Positions 19,337-28,552 of a stretch of DNA of 41,891 bases are shown here, piece after piece. The notes beneath the pieces were generated by a model, which was not told where the DNA came from, searched no databases, and saw nothing but the letters and a program-made list of their open reading frames with translations. Position 1 is the first letter of the stretch. Each line of letters starts with the position of its first letter. This stretch comes from Planctomycetota bacterium. Its GTDB lineage: Bacteria; Planctomycetota; UBA11346. Where the stretch lies: positions 1-41,891 of the forward strand of contig JBBRLJ010000044.1 of the NCBI GenBank assembly GCA_038231435.1. The letters are read 5' to 3'. The position numbers and the translations under genes were made by a program.

Positions 19337-20428
19337 TCATAGCTTGACCGTCTCGAGCCGCGCCGGCGTGCCCCCGCGTCGCAGATGGAGGGTCTTGGCG
19401 GCTGGATCGATGATGGTCAGGACGGTGGTGTCGGGCGACACGCCGGTGTCGGCGATGAAGCGCGTGTGCCGTGACTGGTCGCGTTCGCCGAGCCCGAACC
19501 AACCGGCGATCATCGCGGGCGAGCAGCACGTCGCATCGATGGCGTGGCTGGCGATCGATTCGAGGCGGATCTTCGAGGTGTTCTCGACCTCGGGCGCGGC
19601 CCAGCGCACGATCTCTTCATGCAGTGGGTGGTTGGTGTGCACCCGGGGCGCGCTCTGGAACGGGTCGAGGAGCCGCACCTGGTGCTGGCCGCTCATCTCC
19701 ATGCTGATGCGTTCGCCGCCGGTCGAGAGCAGATGCAGCGCCGCGCCGCCATGGCGCGGCCCTACCTGGACGCGGGTCAGCGCGTCCTCGAGCGTGGGCG
19801 CAGTGAGCACCGATCCGAGCAGGTGTGCGGTGAATTGGCCGTTCAGCCCGTCGGTGATGCGCAGTTCGTTGCTGCCCACCGCTAGGCCCGCTTCCGACAG
19901 GCCAGCGACCGGACTGAGTCCGGCGATGGTCAGCGACAAGCTGGCGGGTCCGTGGGCCGGGATGCGTCGCACCAGGGTGACGTAGGGCAGCAGCGACGGA
20001 TCGAGATGCCAGGCGTGCACCATGCGGGCGAGCCCGGTGTCGGTATGCGGAGCGCCCAGGCTGATGTAGGTACTGGGGCTCGGAACCACTTTGCAGTGGT
20101 AGGTGCTCAGGAGATCTCCGTAGCCATGGATGAGCAGCAGGTCCTCCTCGGGGAGTTCGGCGGCTCGCGCCATCGATTCGATTTCCATCCACAGCGACGG
20201 CTCGAGGTGGGCGGCGGCGGTGACGCTCGAGCGCAGGCTCTCGCGCAGCGAATTGGGGGTCATCGGGGTCCCCGAGGCCTGGGCCGCCGATGCCAATTGT
20301 TCCATGAGATACTGGGCGAGCAGTTGCAGCTTTGGCTTCAAACGATGGCCGAGATGCTCGCCCATCGTCCGCGGCGTTCCGATGACCGAGACCAAGGGTA
20401 TGCCGCCGACGACTTCCAGATTCGACAC
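19337..20428 (-). CDS. Peptidase C45 / acyl-CoA:isopenicillin-N-acyltransferase-like Ntn hydrolase (degenerate)
   Basis: GTPRTMGEHLG N-terminus, EIESMARAA, AGLSEAGLAVGSNEL, VHTNH; canonical nucleophile Cys not evident. Confidence 0.7.
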   Translation of the reverse strand: MSNLEVVGGIPLVSVIGTPRTMGEHLGHRLKPKLQLLAQYLMEQLASAAQASGTPMTPNSLRESLRSSVTAAAHLEPSLWMEIESMARAAELPEEDLLLIHGYGDLLSTYHCKVVPSPSTYISLGAPHTDTGLARMVHAWHLDPSLLPYVTLVRRIPAHGPASLSLTIAGLSPVAGLSEAGLAVGSNELRITDGLNGQFTAHLLGSVLTAPTLEDALTRVQVGPRHGGAALHLLSTGGERISMEMSGQHQVRLLDPFQSAPRVHTNHPLHEEIVRWAAPEVENTSKIRLESIASHAIDATCCSPAMIAGWFGLGERDQSRHTRFIADTGVSPDTTVLTIIDPAAKTLHLRRGGTPARLETVKL

Positions 20429-20774
20429 CCGGGTCTCTTACCGGATCCCGGTCCCAAGTCCATCCAAGCGGCGTGCGAGTTCTGGGGTAGACTTACCTCG
20501 TGGAGCAGCGAAAGGCCGCGCGAGCACTTCCGGGGCTGCCCGGATCGCTCTTCCGTGACCGAAACAGTCGAGATTACGCTTGCAAACCGACCTTGAAATT
20601 CGACTCTCTGCCCGCCTTCTCGGAGGCGGTCCAAACGCTGAGGTGCCGCAGCCGGCTCGTTGCCGAAATCGCGGCTTTTCTTGCAGATCTTGCCATACAA
20701 TCCCGCGCCGCTGAACCGATACCATAGCTCATCCCCGTCCTTCCCCATTCCCAATCAGGCCATCAGGAGTCGAT

Positions 20775-21560
20775 ATGCCCAAGACCAAAGAGCGCGAGGT
20801 GGAGAAAGCCTCGACCAAGACGTCCTCCAGGACCTCATCCAAGGCCGTCGCCAAGAGTTCGAGCCGCGCCACCGCGGTGGCGACTCAGGCCAAGCCCGCG
20901 GCGTCGTCCAAGCTCGCGGCCAAGCCGGCGGTGGTCGCCAAGCCCGCGGCCGCGAAGTCCTCGGCCTCGAGCAAATCGGCGGTGGCCACCAAGCCCGCCA
21001 CGGCCACGTCTTCGAAGCTCGCCGCCACCAAGAGTTCGGGCAAAAGTTCGGCCAAGCTCACGCCGGTCTCGAGCAAGCTCGCACCGGTCTCGAGCAAGCT
21101 CGCCGCCGCGAAGGTCGACAGTCGCGCCGAGAAGCTGGAGAAGGTCGCCCAGCTCAAGTGTCCGTTCTCCAAGGATGAGCTCGGCAAGTGGCGCCAGCAG
21201 CTGCTCTCGCGCCGCAGCGAGATCTCGAGCGACATCGCCGGACTCGAGAAGGACGCGATGGAAGCCGAGGACGGCCACACCACTCCCAACCACATCGCTG
21301 AGCGCGGCTCGGATGCCGATCTCCAGGACGTGAGCCTGGGCATCGCCGGCGAGGAGAAGGACATCATCTGGCAGATCGATCGCGCCCTGCGCAAGATCGA
21401 CAAGAGCAGCCCTATCCCCTTCGGCTTGTGCGAATACACCAAAGAGGCCATCTCCCGCAATCGCCTCCAACTCATCCCGTGGACTCCGCTCTCGATCGAG
21501 GGCGCGACGTACATGGAGTCGAACAACCTCGAGGTCGAGGACCTGCTCGCCGACGAATAG
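20775..21560 (+). CDS. dksA: DksA/TraR-family protein with N-terminal Lys/Ala/Ser-rich tail
   Basis: RBS AGGAG; coiled coil with NHIAERGSDA tip, IDRALRKID..FGLCEYTKEAISRNRLQLIPWT. Confidence 0.8.
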   Translation: MPKTKEREVEKASTKTSSRTSSKAVAKSSSRATAVATQAKPAASSKLAAKPAVVAKPAAAKSSASSKSAVATKPATATSSKLAATKSSGKSSAKLTPVSSKLAPVSSKLAAAKVDSRAEKLEKVAQLKCPFSKDELGKWRQQLLSRRSEISSDIAGLEKDAMEAEDGHTTPNHIAERGSDADLQDVSLGIAGEEKDIIWQIDRALRKIDKSSPIPFGLCEYTKEAISRNRLQLIPWTPLSIEGATYMESNNLEVEDLLADE

Positions 21561-21570
21561 CTTTTTTCAA

Positions 21571-21728
21571 AGGGGCTCCGCCCCTACGGCCCTGCGGGCC
21601 TACCCCACGGGCTTTGTCGGGGCTCGTTTTCGCCGGGAGCCGTCGAAAACGTGGGCGGATCGGCTACGCCGATTGTATCCGCCCACCGCCCCTCGGCGCC
21701 CGCCCCATCGCGGAGCGATGGGGCCCCC
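21571..21728 (-). repeat. Family B structured repeat, copy B3
   Basis: Same architecture as 5781-5943; fills the gap between convergent dksA and the kinase gene. Confidence 0.95.
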
Positions 21729-21733
21729 GCACC

Positions 21734-24247
21734 TTAGTCGTCGCTGATGGTTTCGCCGGGGATCGCTGAGGCGGCGAGGCGGAAGCCGACGTGGTCGGAC
21801 AGGTATTTCGTCCGTGCGTGATCGCGATGGGCGGCGCGGCAGTCATCCGGTGAGTCCCGGAACGAGCCGCCACGGATGACCGGCGCGCCGCCAGCGGGCG
21901 GATGCGGATCGACGGCTACGGGCTTCTCGTAATCGGCATAGCTGTCCTGGCACCATTCCGCGACGTTCCCCTGGCAGTCGAAGAGCCCCCAGGCGTTTGG
22001 CAGCAGGCGTTTCATGGCGTGCGTGGTCTTGAGCGCATTGCGTGAACACCAGCCCATGCGTTCGAGAGGGTGGGCGCTCGGGCCGAGGTCTCCAGCCCGA
22101 GCGGCGTATTCCCATTCCGCTTCGCTGGGCAGGCGTGCCTTCAGGCCCGGCACCAGGGCATTGAGCCGGCGCACGAAGGCCTGGGCCATGTCCCATGACA
22201 CCTGTTCGACCGGCAGGTCGACGTCCTGGGACGCGCTGGGATCATCGCCGACGACGGTCGTGTAGAACGCCTGCGAGCACTCGCAGTCGGCGATCCAGAA
22301 GCCCTCGGTCAACGTCACCTGGTGGATGTCCTCGTCGCGGCCGCGGTGCTGCTCGTCATCCGGGCTGCCCATGAGGAAGCGGCCAGGAGGGCAGTAGCGG
22401 AAGCGCTGGGTCGCGCCGAGCACCAGCAGGTCCGCGTAGCGCCCGAACTGGTCCTGATGGATGGCCTGGGGCCGGGCTACCGGCAGGGGGCGCGCGATGA
22501 TGATGGCATCGGGATCGTCCGATACGGCGTCCAGATGCGGCTTCACGGTCGGCGCCGGATCGGGCTTGGTCTTGGTAGTGGGTGCCGCATGAGCGACCGC
22601 AGGATGCGCCGTCGGTTTCGTGGGCGGATTCGACCGTGTCGCGGTCGATCCCACGGTGTCATCCACGGACGGAGTCGGGATCTGCAGCTGGCGTGGCAGC
22701 GGGGTCTGGGCGGGGGCCGGGCTCAGCGCCGCTGGTACATCGGCTTCGCGATCCCGCGGCTTCGGCAGCTCATCGGTCGCTCTCCACGCTTCGGTCGTGG
22801 TGAGCGCCGGCGCCGGCGGCGCGGCCGTCGCGGGGGTGATGACAGGAGACGCAGTGACGGGCTGGTCCGTGCCCCCGTCGTCTGGCGGCACCAGCAGCGC
22901 TTGCAGTTCCTCGGTCCCGGGCTCGGCGGATGACGAGGGTGGAAAGGCGTCGATGCGGCTCTCGGGATCCACACGGGGGGTCCCCGTGGCGTCGGCGCGT
23001 TGATGCGACGTGACCATGGCCGGTGCCGATCCCGGACGTGCGTGCGGTCGTGCCACCAACGCCACCAGGGTGATGACGATCACCGCGGCTACGGCGGCAA
23101 GCGCTGAAAGCGCCCACCGCAAGGCGCGCGGCGGCTTCGCATGCATGGTGATGCGCCCGCTGATGGCCAGGCGCTCGAGCTCCTGGACCAGATCTGCTGC
23201 GGTCTGGACCCGATCGTCGGGTTTCTTCTCGAGGCATCTGAGCACCAGGGCATGCAGGTCGGGATGCAGCGAGGGATTGATGTCACGCGGCGGGCGTGGC
23301 GCCTGGTGCACATGCTGGTAGATGATCGAGGTGGTGTCGGCGGCGCTGAACGGCAGCCGACCGGTGAGCAGTTCGTAGGCGACCACGCCCAAGGCGTAGA
23401 GATCGGTGCGTTGATCGCAGCGTTCTCCCAGGCCCTGCTCGGGGCTGAAATAGCTCGCCGTACCGACGATGATGCCGGTGCCAGTGAGTCCCGCGTCGGT
23501 TCCCGAAGCTGCGCGATCCTCGCTGACCAGTTTGACGAGTCCGAAATCGGTGAGCTTGAGCACGCCATCGCCGGTGATGAGCATGTTCGCTGGCTTGATG
23601 TCGCGGTGCACGATGCCGAGCCTGCCGGCGGCGGCGAGACCGCGCGCGGCCTGTAGCACCAGGTCGAAGGCCGCTCCGTTGCTGGGTCGGAAGCCGTCCT
23701 TGAGCTTGCGCGCGAGATCGATGCCCTCGACCAGTTCCATGACGAAGAAGTGGTGGCCGTCGTGCACGCCTGCCGAATAGATCTGCACCACGTGCTGGGA
23801 ATTGATCTGCGCCACCGCGCGCGCCTCGCGCAGGAAGCGTTTGCGGAAATTTTCGTTATCCGACAGGTGCCGTCCGAGCACCTTGACCGCGACAGGACGG
23901 TCCAGGCTGGTCTGTCGACCGCGGTAGACAGCACCCATGCCACCCCAACCGAGCAGCTCCCCGAGTTCGAAATCACCCCACACCTGGTTGCCGAATTTAC
24001 CGGTCTTCAGCGCTTCTTCCAACGGATGGACCAGCGGATGCCCCTGCGCCTGCAGGGGCCCGTGCGCGGCGTGATCCGGCGGAGTGCCGGCGGCGGTGTC
24101 CTGCATCTGCAGCGGGCTCTGCCGCGGCCCAGAATCCGAGGGGATCAGCGTGGTATCGGGTGCGGACTTGGAACCAGGGGGCTTCCCGGTCGGTGCGTCG
24201 GCTGGCGCGCGCTCTGGTTCGACCGGAAGGTTCATGGATCGCGGCAT
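21734..24247 (-). CDS. Hanks-type Ser/Thr kinase - TM - Pro/Thr-rich linker - FGE-sulfatase (C-type lectin fold) domain
   Basis: LGWGGMGAVY, VAVK, HRDIKPAN, DFG, SPEQ, DLYALG; TM ALSALAAVAAVIVITLVALVA; FLMGSP, RLPSEAEWEYAAR, NAWGLFDCQGNVAEWC, RGGSF..GFRL. Confidence 0.95.
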   Translation of the reverse strand: MPRSMNLPVEPERAPADAPTGKPPGSKSAPDTTLIPSDSGPRQSPLQMQDTAAGTPPDHAAHGPLQAQGHPLVHPLEEALKTGKFGNQVWGDFELGELLGWGGMGAVYRGRQTSLDRPVAVKVLGRHLSDNENFRKRFLREARAVAQINSQHVVQIYSAGVHDGHHFFVMELVEGIDLARKLKDGFRPSNGAAFDLVLQAARGLAAAGRLGIVHRDIKPANMLITGDGVLKLTDFGLVKLVSEDRAASGTDAGLTGTGIIVGTASYFSPEQGLGERCDQRTDLYALGVVAYELLTGRLPFSAADTTSIIYQHVHQAPRPPRDINPSLHPDLHALVLRCLEKKPDDRVQTAADLVQELERLAISGRITMHAKPPRALRWALSALAAVAAVIVITLVALVARPHARPGSAPAMVTSHQRADATGTPRVDPESRIDAFPPSSSAEPGTEELQALLVPPDDGGTDQPVTASPVITPATAAPPAPALTTTEAWRATDELPKPRDREADVPAALSPAPAQTPLPRQLQIPTPSVDDTVGSTATRSNPPTKPTAHPAVAHAAPTTKTKPDPAPTVKPHLDAVSDDPDAIIIARPLPVARPQAIHQDQFGRYADLLVLGATQRFRYCPPGRFLMGSPDDEQHRGRDEDIHQVTLTEGFWIADCECSQAFYTTVVGDDPSASQDVDLPVEQVSWDMAQAFVRRLNALVPGLKARLPSEAEWEYAARAGDLGPSAHPLERMGWCSRNALKTTHAMKRLLPNAWGLFDCQGNVAEWCQDSYADYEKPVAVDPHPPAGGAPVIRGGSFRDSPDDCRAAHRDHARTKYLSDHVGFRLAASAIPGETISDD

Positions 24248-24280
24248 TGTGCCGCGGTTTTTCCGCTTTCCAGGATGGAT

Positions 24281-24565
24281 TCAGCGCGAGTGCGCGGTAT
24301 CACCGGAATTACCAGCGACATGAGCGCGGTGATGTGCGCTCAGCGCGAGCGCGAGCAGTGGTACCAGCCAGCTCGCCGCGGCCAACGCCGCGATGATGCC
24401 CGGACCGATGCGCCGTTCGACGAACAGCACCACTCCCAGCGCCGACAGTGCGAGTCCGGCGACGATGCCGATCGCCACCAGCGCGATGATCACCCGTCGG
24501 CCTGTTCGTTCGGCCGTGCGTGGGGGCGCCTGTTCAGGCGTGGGCTCAACCGTGGGACTGGGCAT
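24281..24565 (-). CDS. Small membrane protein (2 predicted TM helices)
   Basis: Two hydrophobic stretches (VIIALVAIGIVAGLALSALGVVLFV; IIAALAAASWLVPLLALAL); co-oriented with neighbours. Confidence 0.55.
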   Translation of the reverse strand: MPSPTVEPTPEQAPPRTAERTGRRVIIALVAIGIVAGLALSALGVVLFVERRIGPGIIAALAAASWLVPLLALALSAHHRAHVAGNSGDTAHSR

Positions 24566-24842
24566 CGTTCATCCCGAGGTCGGCCAATGAGCCCGGCGCC
24601 AGGGCGAGTAGGGCTTCGATCCCGGCCTTGCCGCACAGCAGGGCCTCATGCAGCCGTTCACGCGCAACCCTGCCTTGGCGGATATCGGATAGCAGCGCCG
24701 CGCCATGGCGGAAGTTCGCCCATGCTTGAGCGAGACGCGTACGTTGCTCGTCGGTAACCGACGGAAAGAGGTCGGTCTCTGCTTTTTCGATCAGGTTCTG
24801 CAGCCCGGGGGCTGGGCAGGTCGCATCCATGGCGTGCTCCAT
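24546..24842 (-). CDS. Small hypothetical helical protein
   Basis: Protein-like composition (LQNLIEKAETDLFPSVTDEQRTRLAQAW), AGGGA upstream of ATG 24842; start uncertain. Confidence 0.45.
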   Translation of the reverse strand: MEHAMDATCPAPGLQNLIEKAETDLFPSVTDEQRTRLAQAWANFRHGAALLSDIRQGRVARERLHEALLCGKAGIEALLALAPGSLADLGMNDAQSHG

Positions 24843-24997
24843 TCCCTGAGGACTGCGCGCTGCGCGTGCCAATTACAGCGATACCGTCCCCAGGCCTGGG
24901 CAGGCGCTTTCCTGAGACCGCGAGGCCGGCACACCGTGCCGATTGCAGGAATATCTTGGGAATTCCAGGCTGCGTGCACGCCGCAGGGCAGCGTTTC

Positions 24998-26488
24998 TCA
25001 GTCCCGGCGGATGACCAGGTAGAGCCTGCCGCCGTCGCTCCAGATGCGCAGCAGGATGTCATCCTTCGCCTGGTCGATCGCGGCGGCGGCTTCGTCGGCA
25101 CTCTCGACGGGCTTGTGTTCGACTCCGATGATCACCTGCCCCGGTTTCATCCCTGCCTCATCGGCCTTGGAGCCGGGTTTGACCTCGGTTATCACGGCTC
25201 CCTTCACGTCCGCCGGAATGTGGAAGGTACGGCGGAGGTTGGCGTCCGCGTCCTCGAGCCGGATGCCAAGCGGAGAGGCGCCCTGGTCGCTCTTGGGTGC
25301 GTGGCGCTTACCGCCGCGGCGCGGACCGGCGTCGTCAGCGGCGCTCTCGGCGAGATCCTGGAGGGTGGCGTCGACCTTACGTTCCTTGCCATCGCGGATG
25401 GTGGTGAGGCTGACCTTCGTGCCTGGCAGCATCTGCGCGATCATCAAACGCAGGTGTCGGGAGTCCTCGACCTTGGCATCGTTCGCGGCGATGATGACGT
25501 CGCCTTCGCGCAGTCCGGCCTTCGCAGCGGGCCCGCCTTCCTGGACATCGCTGATCAAGGCGCCCTGCTCGCTCGGTAGCTCGAACTTCTTCGCGATGGC
25601 GGGCGTGATCTCCTCGATCACCACGCCAAGGTAGCCGCGCACGACCTTGCCCTTGTCGATGATGCTGTCCATGATGCCGCGCGCGAGGCTGACGGGCACG
25701 GCGAAGCCGATGCCGAGATTGGAACCGGTCGGGCTGATGATGGCGGTGTTGATGCCGACCAGCTTGCCGGTCGAGTCCACCAGCGGTCCGCCGGAGTTGC
25801 CAGGATTGATCGACGCGTCGGTCTGGAGGAAATCCTCGTAGTCCGCGAGCCCGACGCCTCGCCCGACGGCGCTGATGATTCCCATGGTGACGGTCTGTCC
25901 GACGCCGAAGGGATTGCCGATGGCGAACACCAGGTTTCCGACCTCGACCTTTGAGCTGTCGCCAAACTCGATCGCCACAAGGGCGCGACTGCCGCCCTCG
26001 ATCTTGAGTACCGCGAGATCAGTCTTGGGATCGGTTCCTATGACTTTCGCCAGGTATTGGGTGTGGGTGTCGGCGAATGCGACCTTCACCTCGTCGGCTT
26101 CCTCTACCACGTGGTTGTTGGTCAGGATGTAGCCGTCGGCGCGGACCACCACGCCAGACCCCAGTCCGCGCTGCTTCTGCTCGCGCCCCGGATCACCGCC
26201 GAAGAAGTGCCGCAGGATCGGGTCCTGCTCGCTTCCAGGCGGCAGCGCCGCTTCCGGCCTCACCGTGCGGCTCGAGAACACCGTGACCACGCTCGGTGCC
26301 ACCTTCCGCACCATCGGCGCGAAGCTGATGGCCTCGGAGCCGGCCGGCGGAATGACCGCAATGGAAGGCTTCGCCGTCGCTGGGGGCGCCACGGCGTTTC
26401 CGGCACCTCCGCTACTGGAGGCATCGGAGGCAATGCCGTGCGCGGCGAGCATGAGGGACAGAGAGCAAGCGAAGATGGTGTCGCGCAT
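24998..26488 (-). CDS. htrA: HtrA/DegP-family periplasmic serine protease with two PDZ domains
   Basis: Signal peptide; triad motifs TNNHVV, DLAVLK, INPGNSGGPL; RGYLGV and LGI PDZ starts; RBS GGAGG. Confidence 0.95.
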   Translation of the reverse strand: MRDTIFACSLSLMLAAHGIASDASSSGGAGNAVAPPATAKPSIAVIPPAGSEAISFAPMVRKVAPSVVTVFSSRTVRPEAALPPGSEQDPILRHFFGGDPGREQKQRGLGSGVVVRADGYILTNNHVVEEADEVKVAFADTHTQYLAKVIGTDPKTDLAVLKIEGGSRALVAIEFGDSSKVEVGNLVFAIGNPFGVGQTVTMGIISAVGRGVGLADYEDFLQTDASINPGNSGGPLVDSTGKLVGINTAIISPTGSNLGIGFAVPVSLARGIMDSIIDKGKVVRGYLGVVIEEITPAIAKKFELPSEQGALISDVQEGGPAAKAGLREGDVIIAANDAKVEDSRHLRLMIAQMLPGTKVSLTTIRDGKERKVDATLQDLAESAADDAGPRRGGKRHAPKSDQGASPLGIRLEDADANLRRTFHIPADVKGAVITEVKPGSKADEAGMKPGQVIIGVEHKPVESADEAAAAIDQAKDDILLRIWSDGGRLYLVIRRD

Positions 26489-26688
26489 GGCGCCTCCAGG
26501 GTAGACGACTTCTTAGGCCAGTCGGTCGGGAATCTAAGCGTTACGAGGCGAAGCCTCATCGCCTAGGACGCACGATACGGAAAGTCATTACGCGTCCGTG
26601 GCCGCGGTGACGATCAGGATGCCCACGTCGCCTCACTGCCGGCGGTTGCATGGCCCGTGTGCTAAATCCGTGCAAAGACAGGAGATTA

Positions 26689-26697
26689 TGGTACACT
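26689..26697 (+). promoter_or_regulatory. Candidate extended -10 promoter element (TGnTACACT)
   Basis: TGGTACACT in an AT-richer intergenic patch ~55 nt upstream of ATG 26752. Confidence 0.3.
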
Positions 26698-26751
26698 GAC
26701 ATACGTCTTGCCATGTGCGCTGGCGAGTGAAGGAGATCGCAACCGGACCCC

Positions 26752-28395
26752 ATGCCCTCACCGCTCCACATCCTAGCGGTCGATGACCACGCCGAGGTGA
26801 CGGCATTCCTCAAGGAGTTCCTCGAGCAGGGGGGGCACCGTGTCGATTGCGCCGGCAACGGCATCGAGGCGTTGAACGCCATCAACGCCATGCGGCGCAA
26901 CAACGATCGCTATCAGCTCGTGCTCACCGACGTGCACATGCCGTTGCTCGACGGCTTGAGCCTCATCAAGGAGCTCCGTCGAGCGAAGGAGTATGTCGAC
27001 GTCGCCATCATTACCGGCAACTTCGCGATGATGCCGCATCTTGAGGCAGACGCGCAGAAGCTCGGCTGTTTGATGGTCCTGCACAAGCCGCTGGCCACCG
27101 ATCAACTGATCCAGTTGGTGGAGTTCGTCGGCATGCGCGCAGCCCGCGCGCCGACTCCGAATCCCACGCCGAGCGGCATGACCTCGCGGGTGGCCAACCC
27201 CGACACCCCGTTCGGCGCCGCTAACGCCGCCAACCAGGCCGCGTCGCAGCGCCGCGTCGCGGGAGGGCCACCGAGCACCGACGAATATCTGCCGACGCCA
27301 TCGTCACGGGGGCAGGTCGCGCCGCCGGCCGCGGCCGACCTCAATGCGCGGCGCACCGGCCAATTCTATCCGGCGGCTCCACCCGCGCAGCCGCAGGCCG
27401 GCCAGCCACCCTTCCCGCAACGCCGTGCCGACGATCCGCGGTATTCGTCGCGTGAGTCGCCGCCGCAGGCGATGCCCGCTGCCGTGCCACCCGCGGAGCA
27501 GTGGGATCCGCGTCAAGGACAGGGGCTGCCGCCTGTGCCCGCGCCCGTCGCCCAACCGACCTATTCCCAGCAGCCGATGGCGCGCGATCCACGCTACACC
27601 ACCGGCGTGCGCGATCCGCGCCTCGCGCCTGGATTCGCGGCGCCGCTCCAGCCAGCCGATCCGCGCTTCGCGCCTCAGGCACCTGGTTACCAGGCGCCGC
27701 CCTATCAACTTCCCCAGCAGGCCGCGGATCCTCGCTATCCGGCACCTGCTCCGGCCTACCAACCGCAACAACCCCAGGCGTATCAGCCCCAAGCCTATCA
27801 GCAGCCGCCGGCCTATCCCCAACCGCCCGTTTATCAGCAGCCTCCCGCGTATCAGGCGCCGCCGGTGTACCAGCAGCCGCAGCCAGATCCGCGCCGTACG
27901 TCGCGGGTGGCTCTGCCGCCAGCTCAGCAACTTCCCGCGCAAGCACCCTACGATCAGCGGCTCGCTCCACCTCCACCGGGGTTCCAGACCCGGCCCATCG
28001 ATCCGCGCCGTACCTCAGCCATCGCGCTGCCTCCGGTCCCGCCGGCCACGGGCATGGCCGCACCCCCGCGCGCGCGGCCACTCGATGCGCCGCCGGCGAT
28101 GCGCACGCCGCTGCCGAGCGGAAACACCAACGCCGATCCGTACGCCCCGCAGACCGATCCCCAATTCCGCAACGCGCCGATGAACGATCCTGCGAACCAA
28201 TCCAACCGCGTCCGCCGCTCCGTCGTCGGCACAACCTCGACGCCCCTGCCGATCCAGCCCGAGACCAACGGCGGCAACGGCGTGCGCATGGTTGCCTGCG
28301 CCTATTGCCGCGGCTCCTTCCGCGCCGGCATCAAGCCGACGCCCTACAACCTGGTCTGCGTCCACTGCGGCCAGCTCAACCGCATCGATCCCTAA
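26752..28395 (+). CDS. Response-regulator receiver + long Pro/Gln-rich disordered region + C-terminal zinc ribbon
   Basis: REC motifs LAVDD, LTDVHMP, IITG, HKP; C-terminal CAYC-x15-CVHC. Confidence 0.85.
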   Translation: MPSPLHILAVDDHAEVTAFLKEFLEQGGHRVDCAGNGIEALNAINAMRRNNDRYQLVLTDVHMPLLDGLSLIKELRRAKEYVDVAIITGNFAMMPHLEADAQKLGCLMVLHKPLATDQLIQLVEFVGMRAARAPTPNPTPSGMTSRVANPDTPFGAANAANQAASQRRVAGGPPSTDEYLPTPSSRGQVAPPAAADLNARRTGQFYPAAPPAQPQAGQPPFPQRRADDPRYSSRESPPQAMPAAVPPAEQWDPRQGQGLPPVPAPVAQPTYSQQPMARDPRYTTGVRDPRLAPGFAAPLQPADPRFAPQAPGYQAPPYQLPQQAADPRYPAPAPAYQPQQPQAYQPQAYQQPPAYPQPPVYQQPPAYQAPPVYQQPQPDPRRTSRVALPPAQQLPAQAPYDQRLAPPPPGFQTRPIDPRRTSAIALPPVPPATGMAAPPRARPLDAPPAMRTPLPSGNTNADPYAPQTDPQFRNAPMNDPANQSNRVRRSVVGTTSTPLPIQPETNGGNGVRMVACAYCRGSFRAGIKPTPYNLVCVHCGQLNRIDP

Positions 28396-28486
28396 AAAAA
28401 GGAAGCGTCCGCAACCGCTCGCTTCCTCGCTGCCAATGGGGCAGGCCGAAGGCCACCCCCATTCCAGCCCAACCTTCCCCTCGCCT

Positions 28487-28545
28487 CCTTGGGGGGCAGG
28501 CCGGAGGCCGATGTTGGGGGGCCGCAGTCCCCCAACCGAGAGTTC
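28487..28545 (+). repeat. Family C half-element
   Basis: GGGGGCAG-GCCGGAGGCC-GATGTTGGGGGGCCGCAGTCCCCCAACCGAGAGTTC matches 4976-5032 GGGGGCAG-CGCGGAGCGC-GATGATGGGGGGCCGTAGCCCCCCAACTGACAGTTC. Confidence 0.85.
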
Positions 28546-28552
28546 GCCCCAA

